Shown: positions 19,576 through 28,391 of the stretch, in pieces | How positions within the stretch are numbered: position 1 is the first letter of the stretch | Layout: the number at the start of each line of letters is the position of its first letter | Origin: a virus | Taxonomy: Duplodnaviria > Caudoviricetes | Reading direction: 5' to 3' (one strand) | IMG/VR virus record: IMGVR_UViG_3300050010_000073 | Span: 1-55,009 of that record | Length of the DNA stretch: 55,009 nucleotides | The notes under the pieces: model-generated | Databases searched by the model: none | What the model saw: only the letters and a program-made list of their open reading frames with translations | What the model was told of the DNA's origin: nothing | Program-made: the position numbers and the translations under genes

Positions 19576-21677
19576 TGCATCTGTAGTGCTTTCTGTTGTT
19601 GAGGTTGACCCCCTTGTTGAGGAGGCTTCTGTTGCTGTTGTGGCTGTTGACCAGCTTGTTTATTATCCTGTGCTTGGGCTTGTTGACTAGGATTAATAAC
19701 TTGTTGAGCAGCTTGAATGATCTGCTGCAAAGTTTGTTTATCTTGTGGAGATATATTAGGATCAGTCTGCTCTAAGTGTTGTAGCATCTGGGCCATAGTA
19801 GCTATCAACTTAGTTTCGTCTTGTTGCTGATCCAATATCTGTATCCATCTGTTGGCTTGATTAGGATAAGCCTGTCTTATGAATTCCTTCATGAATTCCA
19901 TAGCTATAGGAGTAGCTTGAAGAACAGGCCAATCCCCTCGCATCTGCTGTAGCATCTTCTGCCGTTCGACTACATCAACACTACCAGCCGGCTTTAGCAT
20001 GTAGTGTTGTTGTATCATCTGAGTATTATTGACATAGCTTGGTACAGATCCACCATCAAGTGTTAGTGTGGGTTGACCAGGAACTTGAAGTAGGTTGATG
20101 AGACCTTGTAGAGCTTGAGACTGAATGATTAACCATTTGAAGTTGCCTTCAAGAGTTAAGAATATAGACAATAAGCTAACTTGAACAGTTGAGAGCTGCT
20201 GTTGGGTTTGCTCGGACGATGTAATCTCTTTGGCCGTCTTCCTGCTATCAACCCTATCATTAGCTGCATAAGAGATCTGACCAGCATCCTCTGAGTTCTT
20301 TGTTCCAAAGTATTCGAGGGCTTGGATACATTGAGGATCAGGTTGGGGGGTAGTAAAGAATTTGATCTCCCTATCATAGAGAGCGCCATTATTAAGTGGA
20401 GTGTTTAACTGCTTAGGCTCGGCCGTAGATGAGGGATCTCCAGCTACAGAGCCATAAACATTGGAGGCACGAGTAAGAGTATTACAGAATCCCGTAGCTA
20501 TAGAGGTTTGAGCTTCCTGCATATACTTATCCAAGAAACCTCGACCTATTGCCATTATGATGGGCTGCTCTTCAGTGATGAGATAGATGTTAAGGAAAAT
20601 GGGATAATCTACTATATCTATGTCTTGCCACTCCATAGTAGGAACCTGTGTCATCTGTATAGAAGGGGGAGTAACAATGGTTTTACCAGGTATCGTGGGG
20701 TGAGGGCTAATCTGTGCTGGTACTTGTTGTGGCACTTGTTTCATTACTTGAACCTGCTTCTTGATTCCCAGCTTGAGCTTCTCTGGCATCTTGAGCCAAT
20801 TATCACAGAACTCTAGAGAGCACCAAGCAACATAGACTACTTTCTGCCACTTGAAGAAGACTTTATAGAGTATGAAGTTCTGATCGGCTCTATCAACTCC
20901 CTTAATAGTATCAAGAGCTATCTGAACTTGATGAGGATCAAAGCCAAAGTCTTTAATCCAAGATCTCAATTGCATTGCCGAAATTGAGTATCTACGCATT
21001 AGGATCTCACAAGAGTTAAGGTCGAGGGCGTCTACTGAGAAGAATAGGTTCTCATGTCCTATATGTTCTGAATCTACATGTAAGGGTTTAGATGGATCAA
21101 ACACTACCTCTGTAGCATCCCATCCATGCAGTTGAGCACCATCAAATACTTTGAAATAGGGTCTCTCCCATCCTGGATACCTGAGACCGGCTGTAACATC
21201 CTTCTCCAAATTCTGTATAGTCTGACTATCTACAGCTGGATTAGCCAGAGGATCAAAAATGTATTGACGGGCTGGAGACACTAGATAATTAACATATGCA
21301 GGATTCTCTCTCCTTATGTTGGTATCAATGACTCTCATTGGCACTATAGTCTCATCGGGCTTTAGCCGTCCTGACTCCCTTAGTCCACGAGGAGACAGAT
21401 CTACTTTCCTATAGAGTCTCCTTTCTATAGTAGCATTGACTTCTGCGTTCCAGAAACCCTTGAGCTTCATCAATCTAATCTTGGCTTGATCCCATACAAA
21501 GAGTCCTTTCCTGACTTCTTCCTGCTCATCCTGTTGCCTTTTAGCCTCTCCCTCTAAAGGTGCTGTCAACTCGACCGGCGGGGTTTGGGGTTGCATGGAC
21601 TGGCTATCTGCCTGCATTTGTTGAGCAGGAGTAGCTACTTGTTCTGGATAATCATTAAAAGATGTTTGTGAAGCCAT
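19572..21677 (-). CDS. Portal protein
   Basis: ~700 aa after TerL, with a Q-rich C-terminal barrel and a KTAKEI motif; likely start MASQ at 21677. Confidence 0.75.
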   Translation of the reverse strand: MASQTSFNDYPEQVATPAQQMQADSQSMQPQTPPVELTAPLEGEAKRQQDEQEEVRKGLFVWDQAKIRLMKLKGFWNAEVNATIERRLYRKVDLSPRGLRESGRLKPDETIVPMRVIDTNIRRENPAYVNYLVSPARQYIFDPLANPAVDSQTIQNLEKDVTAGLRYPGWERPYFKVFDGAQLHGWDATEVVFDPSKPLHVDSEHIGHENLFFSVDALDLNSCEILMRRYSISAMQLRSWIKDFGFDPHQVQIALDTIKGVDRADQNFILYKVFFKWQKVVYVAWCSLEFCDNWLKMPEKLKLGIKKQVQVMKQVPQQVPAQISPHPTIPGKTIVTPPSIQMTQVPTMEWQDIDIVDYPIFLNIYLITEEQPIIMAIGRGFLDKYMQEAQTSIATGFCNTLTRASNVYGSVAGDPSSTAEPKQLNTPLNNGALYDREIKFFTTPQPDPQCIQALEYFGTKNSEDAGQISYAANDRVDSRKTAKEITSSEQTQQQLSTVQVSLLSIFLTLEGNFKWLIIQSQALQGLINLLQVPGQPTLTLDGGSVPSYVNNTQMIQQHYMLKPAGSVDVVERQKMLQQMRGDWPVLQATPIAMEFMKEFIRQAYPNQANRWIQILDQQQDETKLIATMAQMLQHLEQTDPNISPQDKQTLQQIIQAAQQVINPSQQAQAQDNKQAGQQPQQQQKPPQQGGQPQQQKALQMQ

Positions 21678-21684
21678 AAGATTA

Positions 21685-21915
21685 TTACATTGTATGTTCT
21701 GGATTGTGATGCTTGAGATCAAAGTCTATTCTACCTTCTTCTGCTGCCCTCTTACCCTCCTCTAAGAATGTGCTACTGCCGCCCACTACTAAGGGCATCT
21801 CAGACATAGTCTTAACGGACTTGGTGCCATCCTGATGATAGGTGATGCGTAGAGTACCCCTAGTCTTATTGAAGGTAGAATAGGGCAAGGACTTGATGTA
21901 GGGAGCTTGATTCAT
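21685..21915 (-). CDS. Hypothetical protein
   Basis: 76-aa ORF filling the TerL-portal gap. Confidence 0.6.
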   Translation of the reverse strand: MNQAPYIKSLPYSTFNKTRGTLRITYHQDGTKSVKTMSEMPLVVGGSSTFLEEGKRAAEEGRIDFDLKHHNPEHTM

Positions 21916-21917
21916 AT

Positions 21918-23696
21918 TCAGTTCCTCTGACTATCTAGGGCAGACATTAGAGAGCCATAGATTAGCTTGTTGGTGTTCACTGACGGCCCAGATGGTATAG
22001 CATGGGGATCTAAGTTCTTATTGTACATGAGGGCCATCTGTTCGGGATCATCTTCCAATACTAGTTCGGGATGTTGTTGCTTTAAGATATCTCTTATGTT
22101 AGCAAAGTGTTTGAGAGCCATCTCTTCTTGAACATCGAACCTTTTGCTGTCCATATCTTTCACTAGTTGTTCTAGGGATACTACTTTCTCTTTGTTGGAA
22201 GTATCATCTAGGACTTTCTTATCAGCATTGAGTAGTTGATCTACTCTGTAGTCTGAGAGGGCTAGTATGTCAGCATCTGCTCTATCAGGACTAGGAAAGC
22301 CTTCTGCTTTAGCTTCTTTCTTAGACTGTAAGAAGATCCTATTGTTTCCGCCCTCCGTCTGTTTGTAGTGTCTAGCTACTAACTGATCCTTTGTTTTTGG
22401 ATCCATCTTACCATCTAAAGCATCTTCTCCCCACAACAGTAAGCACTCTTCTACCAATCTTTTGACATTATACCACATCTCAGCTCCCTTATTGCCATAA
22501 GCTCTCTTATCAAAAGCTGGTGTTTGATTCATTATACGACGAATGTTCCAGCCCATCTTCCTTAGATTGTCTATAATACCCCTACCTACTCCACCATCAT
22601 CTGCCTTAATATGGGTTGAATCTTTATCTATCCCCTGAGCTTTCAACTCTCTGGATATGAGGTCGGCCGTAACTGTAGTATCCTTTTCTATGAAAGCATA
22701 CCTATAAACTCTCTTGTTGCCCTGCCAAATGGATATAACACATTCATCTCCCCCCGCTGCTAGATCTATTCCTACTTCTTTGGGCCACTTCTCACCTATG
22801 CGTATCTTACAGAGTTCTAAACATTTAGTTAGAGCATCTTCTGTTATGACTACCTGCCCTCCTATCGATGTAAAGAGGGCTTCATGCTTCGACCTGTAGT
22901 ATGCCGAATTGATCCCATACTTCTCTGCATCGACTGCCCTATCCTCTTCTGATAGATGTGGACAATCTTTGGATGTGACCCTAAAGATGTTGGGCCAGTG
23001 ATTAAAAGCCCAATAAAAATCTCCTTTAGGTTCTCCGGGACTAGAGACCATGAGATAGTGGGTGTAACCAGTACACCTCCCAAGCGCACTGAAAATATCG
23101 TCTTTGACACTTTTACATTCATTGGCTATTAGGACTAGTTTGGCTCCTGGCTCTATAGGATGATAACCTTCTGCCCGGCCGGCCTCATCAGTAGCAAAAA
23201 GTATAATCTCTGAACCTGTTAGTAGACACTTGATATTCCTCTGATTGATCTTAAAGATCTTATTGTTCCAGAACTTATTTATCTTTTCGCAGAGGTTTCT
23301 GATGTATCTTTCTGTTTGAGTTGTAAGTTGAGGTCCAGAAGAAGAAGTAATAACAACAGTACATTTGATGTTGCTGACAGCCATAAATACGGCGAAGGGA
23401 GCCACAATGAAGGAGTCTTTACCACTACCATTAGCGGCACACAAAACGAACTTAAGGGGATGCTTATCACTAGCAGGTAAGCAACAAATAGCTTTATTAA
23501 CTTTGATTTGCCAGTTGTGAAATCGGACTGTTCCTTCTGAGAGTTGTTTATCATAAAAAGCTAACATGTCTGCACTATCTTTATGGATAGTAAGAGCCTG
23601 TAACTCACTGTCCTTTAAGCCCACTTCTTCATCGGCTATGAAGGGGAGGTCGGCTAAGCCTTGTCCGCCTACTGCATCTGGAGTTTTTGAGAGCAT
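21918..23696 (-). CDS. terL: Terminase large subunit
   Basis: Walker A AANGSGKD, EGYH, SSPG; nuclease motifs GIDLAAGGD, DDGGVG and SPDRADA. Confidence 0.9.
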   Translation of the reverse strand: MLSKTPDAVGGQGLADLPFIADEEVGLKDSELQALTIHKDSADMLAFYDKQLSEGTVRFHNWQIKVNKAICCLPASDKHPLKFVLCAANGSGKDSFIVAPFAVFMAVSNIKCTVVITSSSGPQLTTQTERYIRNLCEKINKFWNNKIFKINQRNIKCLLTGSEIILFATDEAGRAEGYHPIEPGAKLVLIANECKSVKDDIFSALGRCTGYTHYLMVSSPGEPKGDFYWAFNHWPNIFRVTSKDCPHLSEEDRAVDAEKYGINSAYYRSKHEALFTSIGGQVVITEDALTKCLELCKIRIGEKWPKEVGIDLAAGGDECVISIWQGNKRVYRYAFIEKDTTVTADLISRELKAQGIDKDSTHIKADDGGVGRGIIDNLRKMGWNIRRIMNQTPAFDKRAYGNKGAEMWYNVKRLVEECLLLWGEDALDGKMDPKTKDQLVARHYKQTEGGNNRIFLQSKKEAKAEGFPSPDRADADILALSDYRVDQLLNADKKVLDDTSNKEKVVSLEQLVKDMDSKRFDVQEEMALKHFANIRDILKQQHPELVLEDDPEQMALMYNKNLDPHAIPSGPSVNTNKLIYGSLMSALDSQRN

Positions 23697-23718
23697 TACT
23701 TAATTCCTTCCCATCGGA

Positions 23719-23831
23719 GCAGTAGATAGTAGTGGTTCAAAGCTTAGGGCGCGGGACTTAGTACAATATAACCACGTTATTAGCTGTGATGAACCTTTCT
23801 CCAGAGAAGGAAAGAAACTACTATCTACTGC
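23719..23831 (-). ncRNA. Structured RNA element upstream of terL
   Basis: Perfect 15-bp inverted repeat (23719-23733/23817-23831) enclosing further hairpins. Confidence 0.45.
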
Positions 23832-23869
23832 CCTTCTTCCATTAGCTACCCACCTCGGCATCTACCAAA

Positions 23870-24106
23870 TTATTTCTTAGGAGCACGATGTTCAGGAGTT
23901 ACAACATCATCAATATGGAGACACTCTGCAAGGTTCAGGTATGGGTCTAATGTTCGATTGATAACTGCTAACCTACCGTTACAACAGTCATTGCCTGCTA
24001 TAACATTATAAAGGATACCAATTTGTGGGATTGGATTTGCCGAAAAGTCCGGGATTAAAATTACCACATCTCCATTATGAGCTTCTCTACCATTTTTATA
24101 GTGCAT
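23870..24106 (-). CDS. Hypothetical protein
   Basis: 78-aa ORF in the late operon. Confidence 0.65.
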   Translation of the reverse strand: MHYKNGREAHNGDVVILIPDFSANPIPQIGILYNVIAGNDCCNGRLAVINRTLDPYLNLAECLHIDDVVTPEHRAPKK

Positions 24107-24108
24107 AA

Positions 24109-24594
24109 TTATACCTCTATCATTTCTTTTTGGGTTTGGGGTTGTGAGGGCTGCCCAGTCTCCAACTGAGTAGCTCTCCTAGCTTTATCGAGTTGTTGCT
24201 GAACTAGAACAATATTGAAATTAGTTCGACCAATCTGTGTTAGTCTCTTAGACTTTCTTTCTTCCTGATTCAGACGAACGACGGCTTTAGCACATGAAGC
24301 CTGCACCAATTCTAGCTCTGCACCTTTGGCTAGACGCACTAGGACTTCTCTGCAAGCCTTCTCATCCTCTTCTGGAAATAGAGGATATTCTTCTTGGCCG
24401 CCCTCCCCTCCTTGTATGTGCTGTAGAGAGGTTCCATTAGCTTGCTTACGAGCTTCGGCCGAAAACTGAGAGCTATTCTGCATTAGAGACATTCTAATGG
24501 CTTCTGTGGCCCAGCCGGTCTCCTTAGAGATGCTATCAGGAGACATCCCTAGAGTCTCATACATTTCTAAGATTGTGCGGTCGGCGGCGAGCAT
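24109..24594 (-). CDS. Putative terminase small subunit
   Basis: N-terminal HTH-like segment (LGMSPDSISKETGW); first gene of the late operon, upstream of terL. Confidence 0.5.
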   Translation of the reverse strand: MLAADRTILEMYETLGMSPDSISKETGWATEAIRMSLMQNSSQFSAEARKQANGTSLQHIQGGEGGQEEYPLFPEEDEKACREVLVRLAKGAELELVQASCAKAVVRLNQEERKSKRLTQIGRTNFNIVLVQQQLDKARRATQLETGQPSQPQTQKEMIEV

Positions 24595-24770
24595 GTCTTA
24601 GTTATGTTAGGGGTTGTATAGAAAGCAATTTGACTGGCAGGAGATTGTATGTGTAAGTTTATTGTTTCTCTACTAAACTCCTGTTGTATTTTTTGCATTT
24701 GTTCAGATAGTAGTATTGTATGTTGAGTCTCAATTACTTCTATAAGTTCTTCTTGCATACCCTCCCTGAA

Positions 24771-24786
24771 AGCAACTCTCATGCCA
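24771..24786 (-). promoter_or_regulatory. sigma54 promoter for the late operon
   Basis: TGGCAT-GAGAG-TTGCT on the minus strand, upstream of the terS-like gene. Confidence 0.85.
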
Positions 24787-24938
24787 CCCTCCCTGTATGT
24801 GCTATTCCTCCCTCCTTCTTCTACTTCTTCCTGCCTCCTACAGCTAATCTTTAGTATTTGTGCTTTGGAAATCGAATTAAGGAAATTTGTGTGAGAGTGT
24901 CAGTTGTGAAAGCACCGCATGACTCTGGGTCCCTACCT

Positions 24939-25659
24939 GTCAATACTAGCTATTCTTAGGTGTCAAGTATAGCTTATAGTTGATTAGATAGGAGTCAAGT
25001 ATATGGTGGAAGTGTCAAGCATACAACCGGCTGTGTCAACTACATACAGCTAGTGTCAAGCATACACATTCTAGTATTGACAGACGGGCTGTATGCTTTA
25101 CAGTAAGGAGTCAACTATACAGTAAGGAGTCAAGCACACAGTCTGTCAATACTAGTTCGCTCCTTACAAGAATTTGCTTGACTACTCTAGTCAATACTAG
25201 GTCGTTGATACCCTGCCATATACTTGACAGAGCCTGAAACACCCCTTAGTTTCTCGGAGGGTGGTAGTGATACCTTGTGATACCTTGTAATATAATGTAT
25301 TATAGTATATGAGTCTCTTCTCTCTATAGACAGCTAATTTACCATACCCCCCCCAGTAACACCCAAGGTATCACGGAGGTAGTTTTATAGTATTGACGGG
25401 GCTAGATAGGAGTCAAGCCTAGAAAGTAAGATAGTATTGACTAGGCTAGTCAATACTAGAAGGCCAGAAAGCTAGTCAATACTAGCAAAAAAAGTCATAA
25501 GTCATTGACTATCAACGGGTTACGCACAAATGAGACACTTCCCTTAGTTCCTTAGGTCTCGTCCCTTTCCATATACATAAACCCTTGTCACTACAACATT
25601 TCCCCGCCGTCCCATAGTTGCGACTCTACGCTTGACATTGGCGGTAGTGTATACTTGAC
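24939..25659. repeat. Dense array of GTCAA/TTGAC motifs (frequent extended form GTCAATACTA)
   Basis: 21 copies counted by eye in ~720 bp, several spaced 20-21 bp apart. Confidence 0.85.
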
Positions 25660-25693
25660 TAGTCATAAGTCATTGCCTAGCAAGGAGTTACGC
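25493..25693. promoter_or_regulatory. Two 33-bp direct repeats containing IHF-consensus-like sites
   Basis: 25493-25525 and 25661-25693 are 29/33 identical; TATCAACGGGTTA (25510-25522) matches WATCAANNNNTTR. Confidence 0.6.
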
Positions 25694-25707
25694 TTCTCAT
25701 AAATGAG

Positions 25708-25723
25708 TGGCACAAGGGTTGCT
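25708..25723 (+). promoter_or_regulatory. sigma54 promoter for the early region
   Basis: TGGCAC-AAGGG-TTGCT, exact consensus, intergenic. Confidence 0.85.
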
Positions 25724-25880
25724 CTATATGTGGCAGTTCTTTCACACAACCGGGAGCGCGGGCAAGGGTGGTCAGAGCTAGGCTAGACGTTCTACACGCT
25801 AGACCTCAGTGAGACGGTAAATAGGCTACCAAAGACCTATCAAGTCAGCGAGTATATGGGACTACGCGAATAGACGCGAC

Positions 25881-26303
25881 AAGACGGCTCTAATGGGGTG
25901 GCTTGCAATACAAAACAAAAAGGCAAGTCAATGAATCAAATCAATCCCAAATCAGTTATGTCCCGGCTTACTCTCGAACACCATGATGCTGGTAGTCATT
26001 ATGATTACATCACCAAAGCTTATGAGGATCTGCCGGAACATTTCAAAGGTAGTGCAGTATTCGTGGTGAGCGGCCAGTCGTCAGAGAGCACTGTTGAAGT
26101 GCGGCTCTCACCTGAAATCAGTGTCAAAATCGTTGCCCTAATTGCAGATGAGATGGCGAAAGCCTGTCAGGCTGCAGTGGAGCAAAACAGGAACTTGATG
26201 CTCCAAAGCATCATGGCTTGCACAAAGCCACAACTCAACGCCCCTTCCTCCACACCACAATCCTAGTTAATCCCATTGTAAGCCATTCCATTAGAGCCGT
26301 CTT
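25881..26303 (+). repeat. Long-range RNA stem 1 (25881-25909/26275-26303) enclosing a CDS
   Basis: 29 bp with 3 G-U and no other mismatch. Confidence 0.9.
25931..26266 (+). CDS. Early hypothetical protein
   Basis: ATG at 25931; lies entirely inside stem 1. Confidence 0.7.
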   Translation: MNQINPKSVMSRLTLEHHDAGSHYDYITKAYEDLPEHFKGSAVFVVSGQSSESTVEVRLSPEISVKIVALIADEMAKACQAAVEQNRNLMLQSIMACTKPQLNAPSSTPQS

Positions 26304-26308
26304 AAAAC

Positions 26309-27109
26309 AAACTTGTGGCTAACTTTGCTGGTGCTATTCTATAGCCACAAGTGGACAAGCAAGAATTCAATCCTTGCCGATATATACTAGTTAAACTAGT
26401 CCCTGTTAGTCCACTTGTAACCTATAGAATAACATATGCAAAAAGTTAGCACCAAAGAACTGGCAGCTTCAGGAGTGTTGGCACAAAACATTGACAGCAA
26501 TGCAAGCGGTGCCCGTGAGATTAACCTCATGGACATTGTGAAGCATTGCACCAGCGTCAGTGTCAAAGGCAGTGAATCAAACCTGCGTTTACGGACTAAC
26601 CTTAACAGGAGCAAAGTCCGTATAGCTTGCTTCTCTGAATGGAAGTCCAGGGCAGGTGTTGAGCAGGTGGCACGTGTCCCAGCCGAAATTGCGGATGCAA
26701 TTGAAGCTATGTTGAATGAACTTCAGCAAGCTCTCATAACCTCACAGTTCCGTGGAGACAACATCCTAAGCTACAGCCGCCGCCCAGTTCACAAAGCCAA
26801 GACCAATAGCTTTGCAATGCGACACAATCTTGTGTCAGAAGATGCAATGCTCTTACAAGACCAACTTATGGTTTGCAAATGGTCTTTAGGCGATGTTGAG
26901 CATCGGCTGGCTGCGGACAGGCTCAAGTTCTCTGAGGACAACATTCGTATTGTCAACCTCAAGAAGAACATTGCCGCTCTCACCACCACGAAGCTATACT
27001 TGGAAGCTTGTATCTCTAATCTGAGCAAGCAAACTCCAATGCCTTCAACCCCAGTAAGCTAGTCTCCCTACTGACATAGAATAGCACTAGCAAAGTTAGT
27101 CACAAGTTT
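26309..27109 (+). repeat. Long-range RNA stem 2 (26309-26342/27076-27109) enclosing a CDS
   Basis: 34 bp with 2 G-U and no other mismatch. Confidence 0.9.
26436..27062 (+). CDS. Early hypothetical protein
   Basis: 208-aa ORF inside stem 2. Confidence 0.75.
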   Translation: MQKVSTKELAASGVLAQNIDSNASGAREINLMDIVKHCTSVSVKGSESNLRLRTNLNRSKVRIACFSEWKSRAGVEQVARVPAEIADAIEAMLNELQQALITSQFRGDNILSYSRRPVHKAKTNSFAMRHNLVSEDAMLLQDQLMVCKWSLGDVEHRLAADRLKFSEDNIRIVNLKKNIAALTTTKLYLEACISNLSKQTPMPSTPVS

Positions 27110-27115
27110 AAGAAA

Positions 27116-27323
27116 GCTGGATTGAATGGAGTAGAGTGAAAGCATAAATAAACAGGTTAAATGTGACTCCTTTGTTCGTTCAATCATAACAGAGTAGAAG
27201 GTTTGAACGCGGGAAGCATTGTCTAGCAATAGATATGTGTGTAAGCTACCTTCAAATGAGATTATGCTCTTGCATTACGACATAATACTAGCACTGCCTC
27301 TCCTCTATTCCATTCAATCCAGC
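27116..27323 (+). ncRNA. Stem-3-enclosed structured RNA candidate
   Basis: 21-bp closing stem (27116-27136/27303-27323, 1 G-U) and an internal GCAA-tetraloop hairpin; no ORF in the track. Confidence 0.6.
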
Positions 27324-27366
27324 AAAACAAGGAACAATCTAGCTGCCCGCTGCGGGCGGCAGAACC

Positions 27367-27437
27367 TTGTCTCTTGGTAAAGTGTCCTGAGTTGTCTCTT
27401 GGTAAAGTCTCTTGGTAAAGTGTCCTGAGTAAAGTCC
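27367..27437. repeat. Short tandem repeats of TCTCTTGGTAAAG / TGTCCTGAG
   Basis: Three copies of TCTCTTGGTAAAG and two of TGTCCTGAG, following a GC-rich hairpin. Confidence 0.85.
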
Positions 27438-27449
27438 TAAAGCAATTGG

Positions 27450-27567
27450 GTGTTAAATGGAGTGCATGGTTTAATGCAATAAAAGACTAGCAGTTTATCC
27501 CTTTTCTGCTAGTCAGAATAGGCAATTAGCATTGAATAATCTAATTATCATGCATTCCATTTAGCAT
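27450..27567 (+). ncRNA. Stem-4-enclosed structured RNA candidate
   Basis: 21-bp stem (27450-27470/27547-27567, 4 G-U) with an inner GACTAGCAG/CTGCTAGTC hairpin. Confidence 0.6.
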
Positions 27568-27734
27568 AATGCCAATGCTATAGACATAATTGCTTGCTCA
27601 CATCTTTCTACAAGATTGTTGGGTGTTCCGTATGGTAGTCGGACTCAAGCTCATTAGGTAGCAGATAATCAGCATAGAAGTGCTCTCATTTGCATCGAGA
27701 GTAAAGATGCCAGCAAATGCTTCATTAAATACTT

Positions 27735-27750
27735 TGGCACACTTCTTGCT
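27735..27750 (+). promoter_or_regulatory. sigma54 promoter
   Basis: TGGCAC-ACTTC-TTGCT, exact consensus, intergenic. Confidence 0.85.
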
Positions 27751-27817
27751 TGTATGGCTTGTAAGCCGCGTCTGCTCTAATACCTATGTTAGCTCTAATC
27801 CCTAAATGAATCATGTC

Positions 27818-27942
27818 ATGGTGGGACTAATGGAGTAGAGTAGTGTTGTAATATCGGGACTACAGAGATCAACGCCTGTGGCCGAAAATAGCATACAGCC
27901 TAATAAGCACATGCTGCTACTCTATTCCATTAGTCCCATTAT
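27818..27942 (+). ncRNA. Stem-5-enclosed structured RNA candidate
   Basis: 28-bp stem (27818-27845/27915-27942, 5 G-U). Confidence 0.6.
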
Positions 27943-28121
27943 ATGCGAGGGTAGTAGAGTAGGGTAACCTCTAGGATAAAGGCAGCATGATCCTGCCTAT
28001 AATTAAATAAGCAATCGGCCCAGAAAGAAGATCACTGCAAATACGAGTATGCTTCTGTGTATGGGCCGACCCTTTTGGAAGTGTGAATTAAATAGAACTT
28101 TCAACCGCAAATCAAATAACA

Positions 28122-28391
28122 ATGACTAACCTCATCCTCGCTACAATCACTGCTTATGTAGCAACAGGTCATCTTAATGCAGCTGGGCATAAGCCTATCC
28201 CTGGAATTTCTATTGCCGTCCCTCGCTCTGTTCCCTTGGGTAGTCAAGTAACAATCAACGGCCACACCTATATAGCAGATGATAGAACTGCACGTAAATA
28301 TGATGGCCGCTTTGACATTTTTATGGATAGTCGAAAGGCGGCTATTCAGTGGGGTAAACAAACAAACATAGTAACAATAAGAACAAAATGA
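28122..28391 (+). CDS. 3D-domain protein (lytic transglycosylase-like)
   Basis: TITAY...IAV....PLGS.V.I.G..YIADD.......FDIFM......WG pattern; the first Asp position (IAVD) is replaced by Pro. Confidence 0.75.
   Translation: MTNLILATITAYVATGHLNAAGHKPIPGISIAVPRSVPLGSQVTINGHTYIADDRTARKYDGRFDIFMDSRKAAIQWGKQTNIVTIRTK

Noticed and set aside
24567-24782. 71-aa ORF upstream of terS
   Set aside because: Its ATG lies inside the sigma54 promoter motif, upstream of the predicted TSS; probably not a gene.
25632-25655. sigma70 promoter TTGACA...TATACT
   Set aside because: The spacer is only 12 bp, and TTGAC here belongs to the repeat array.
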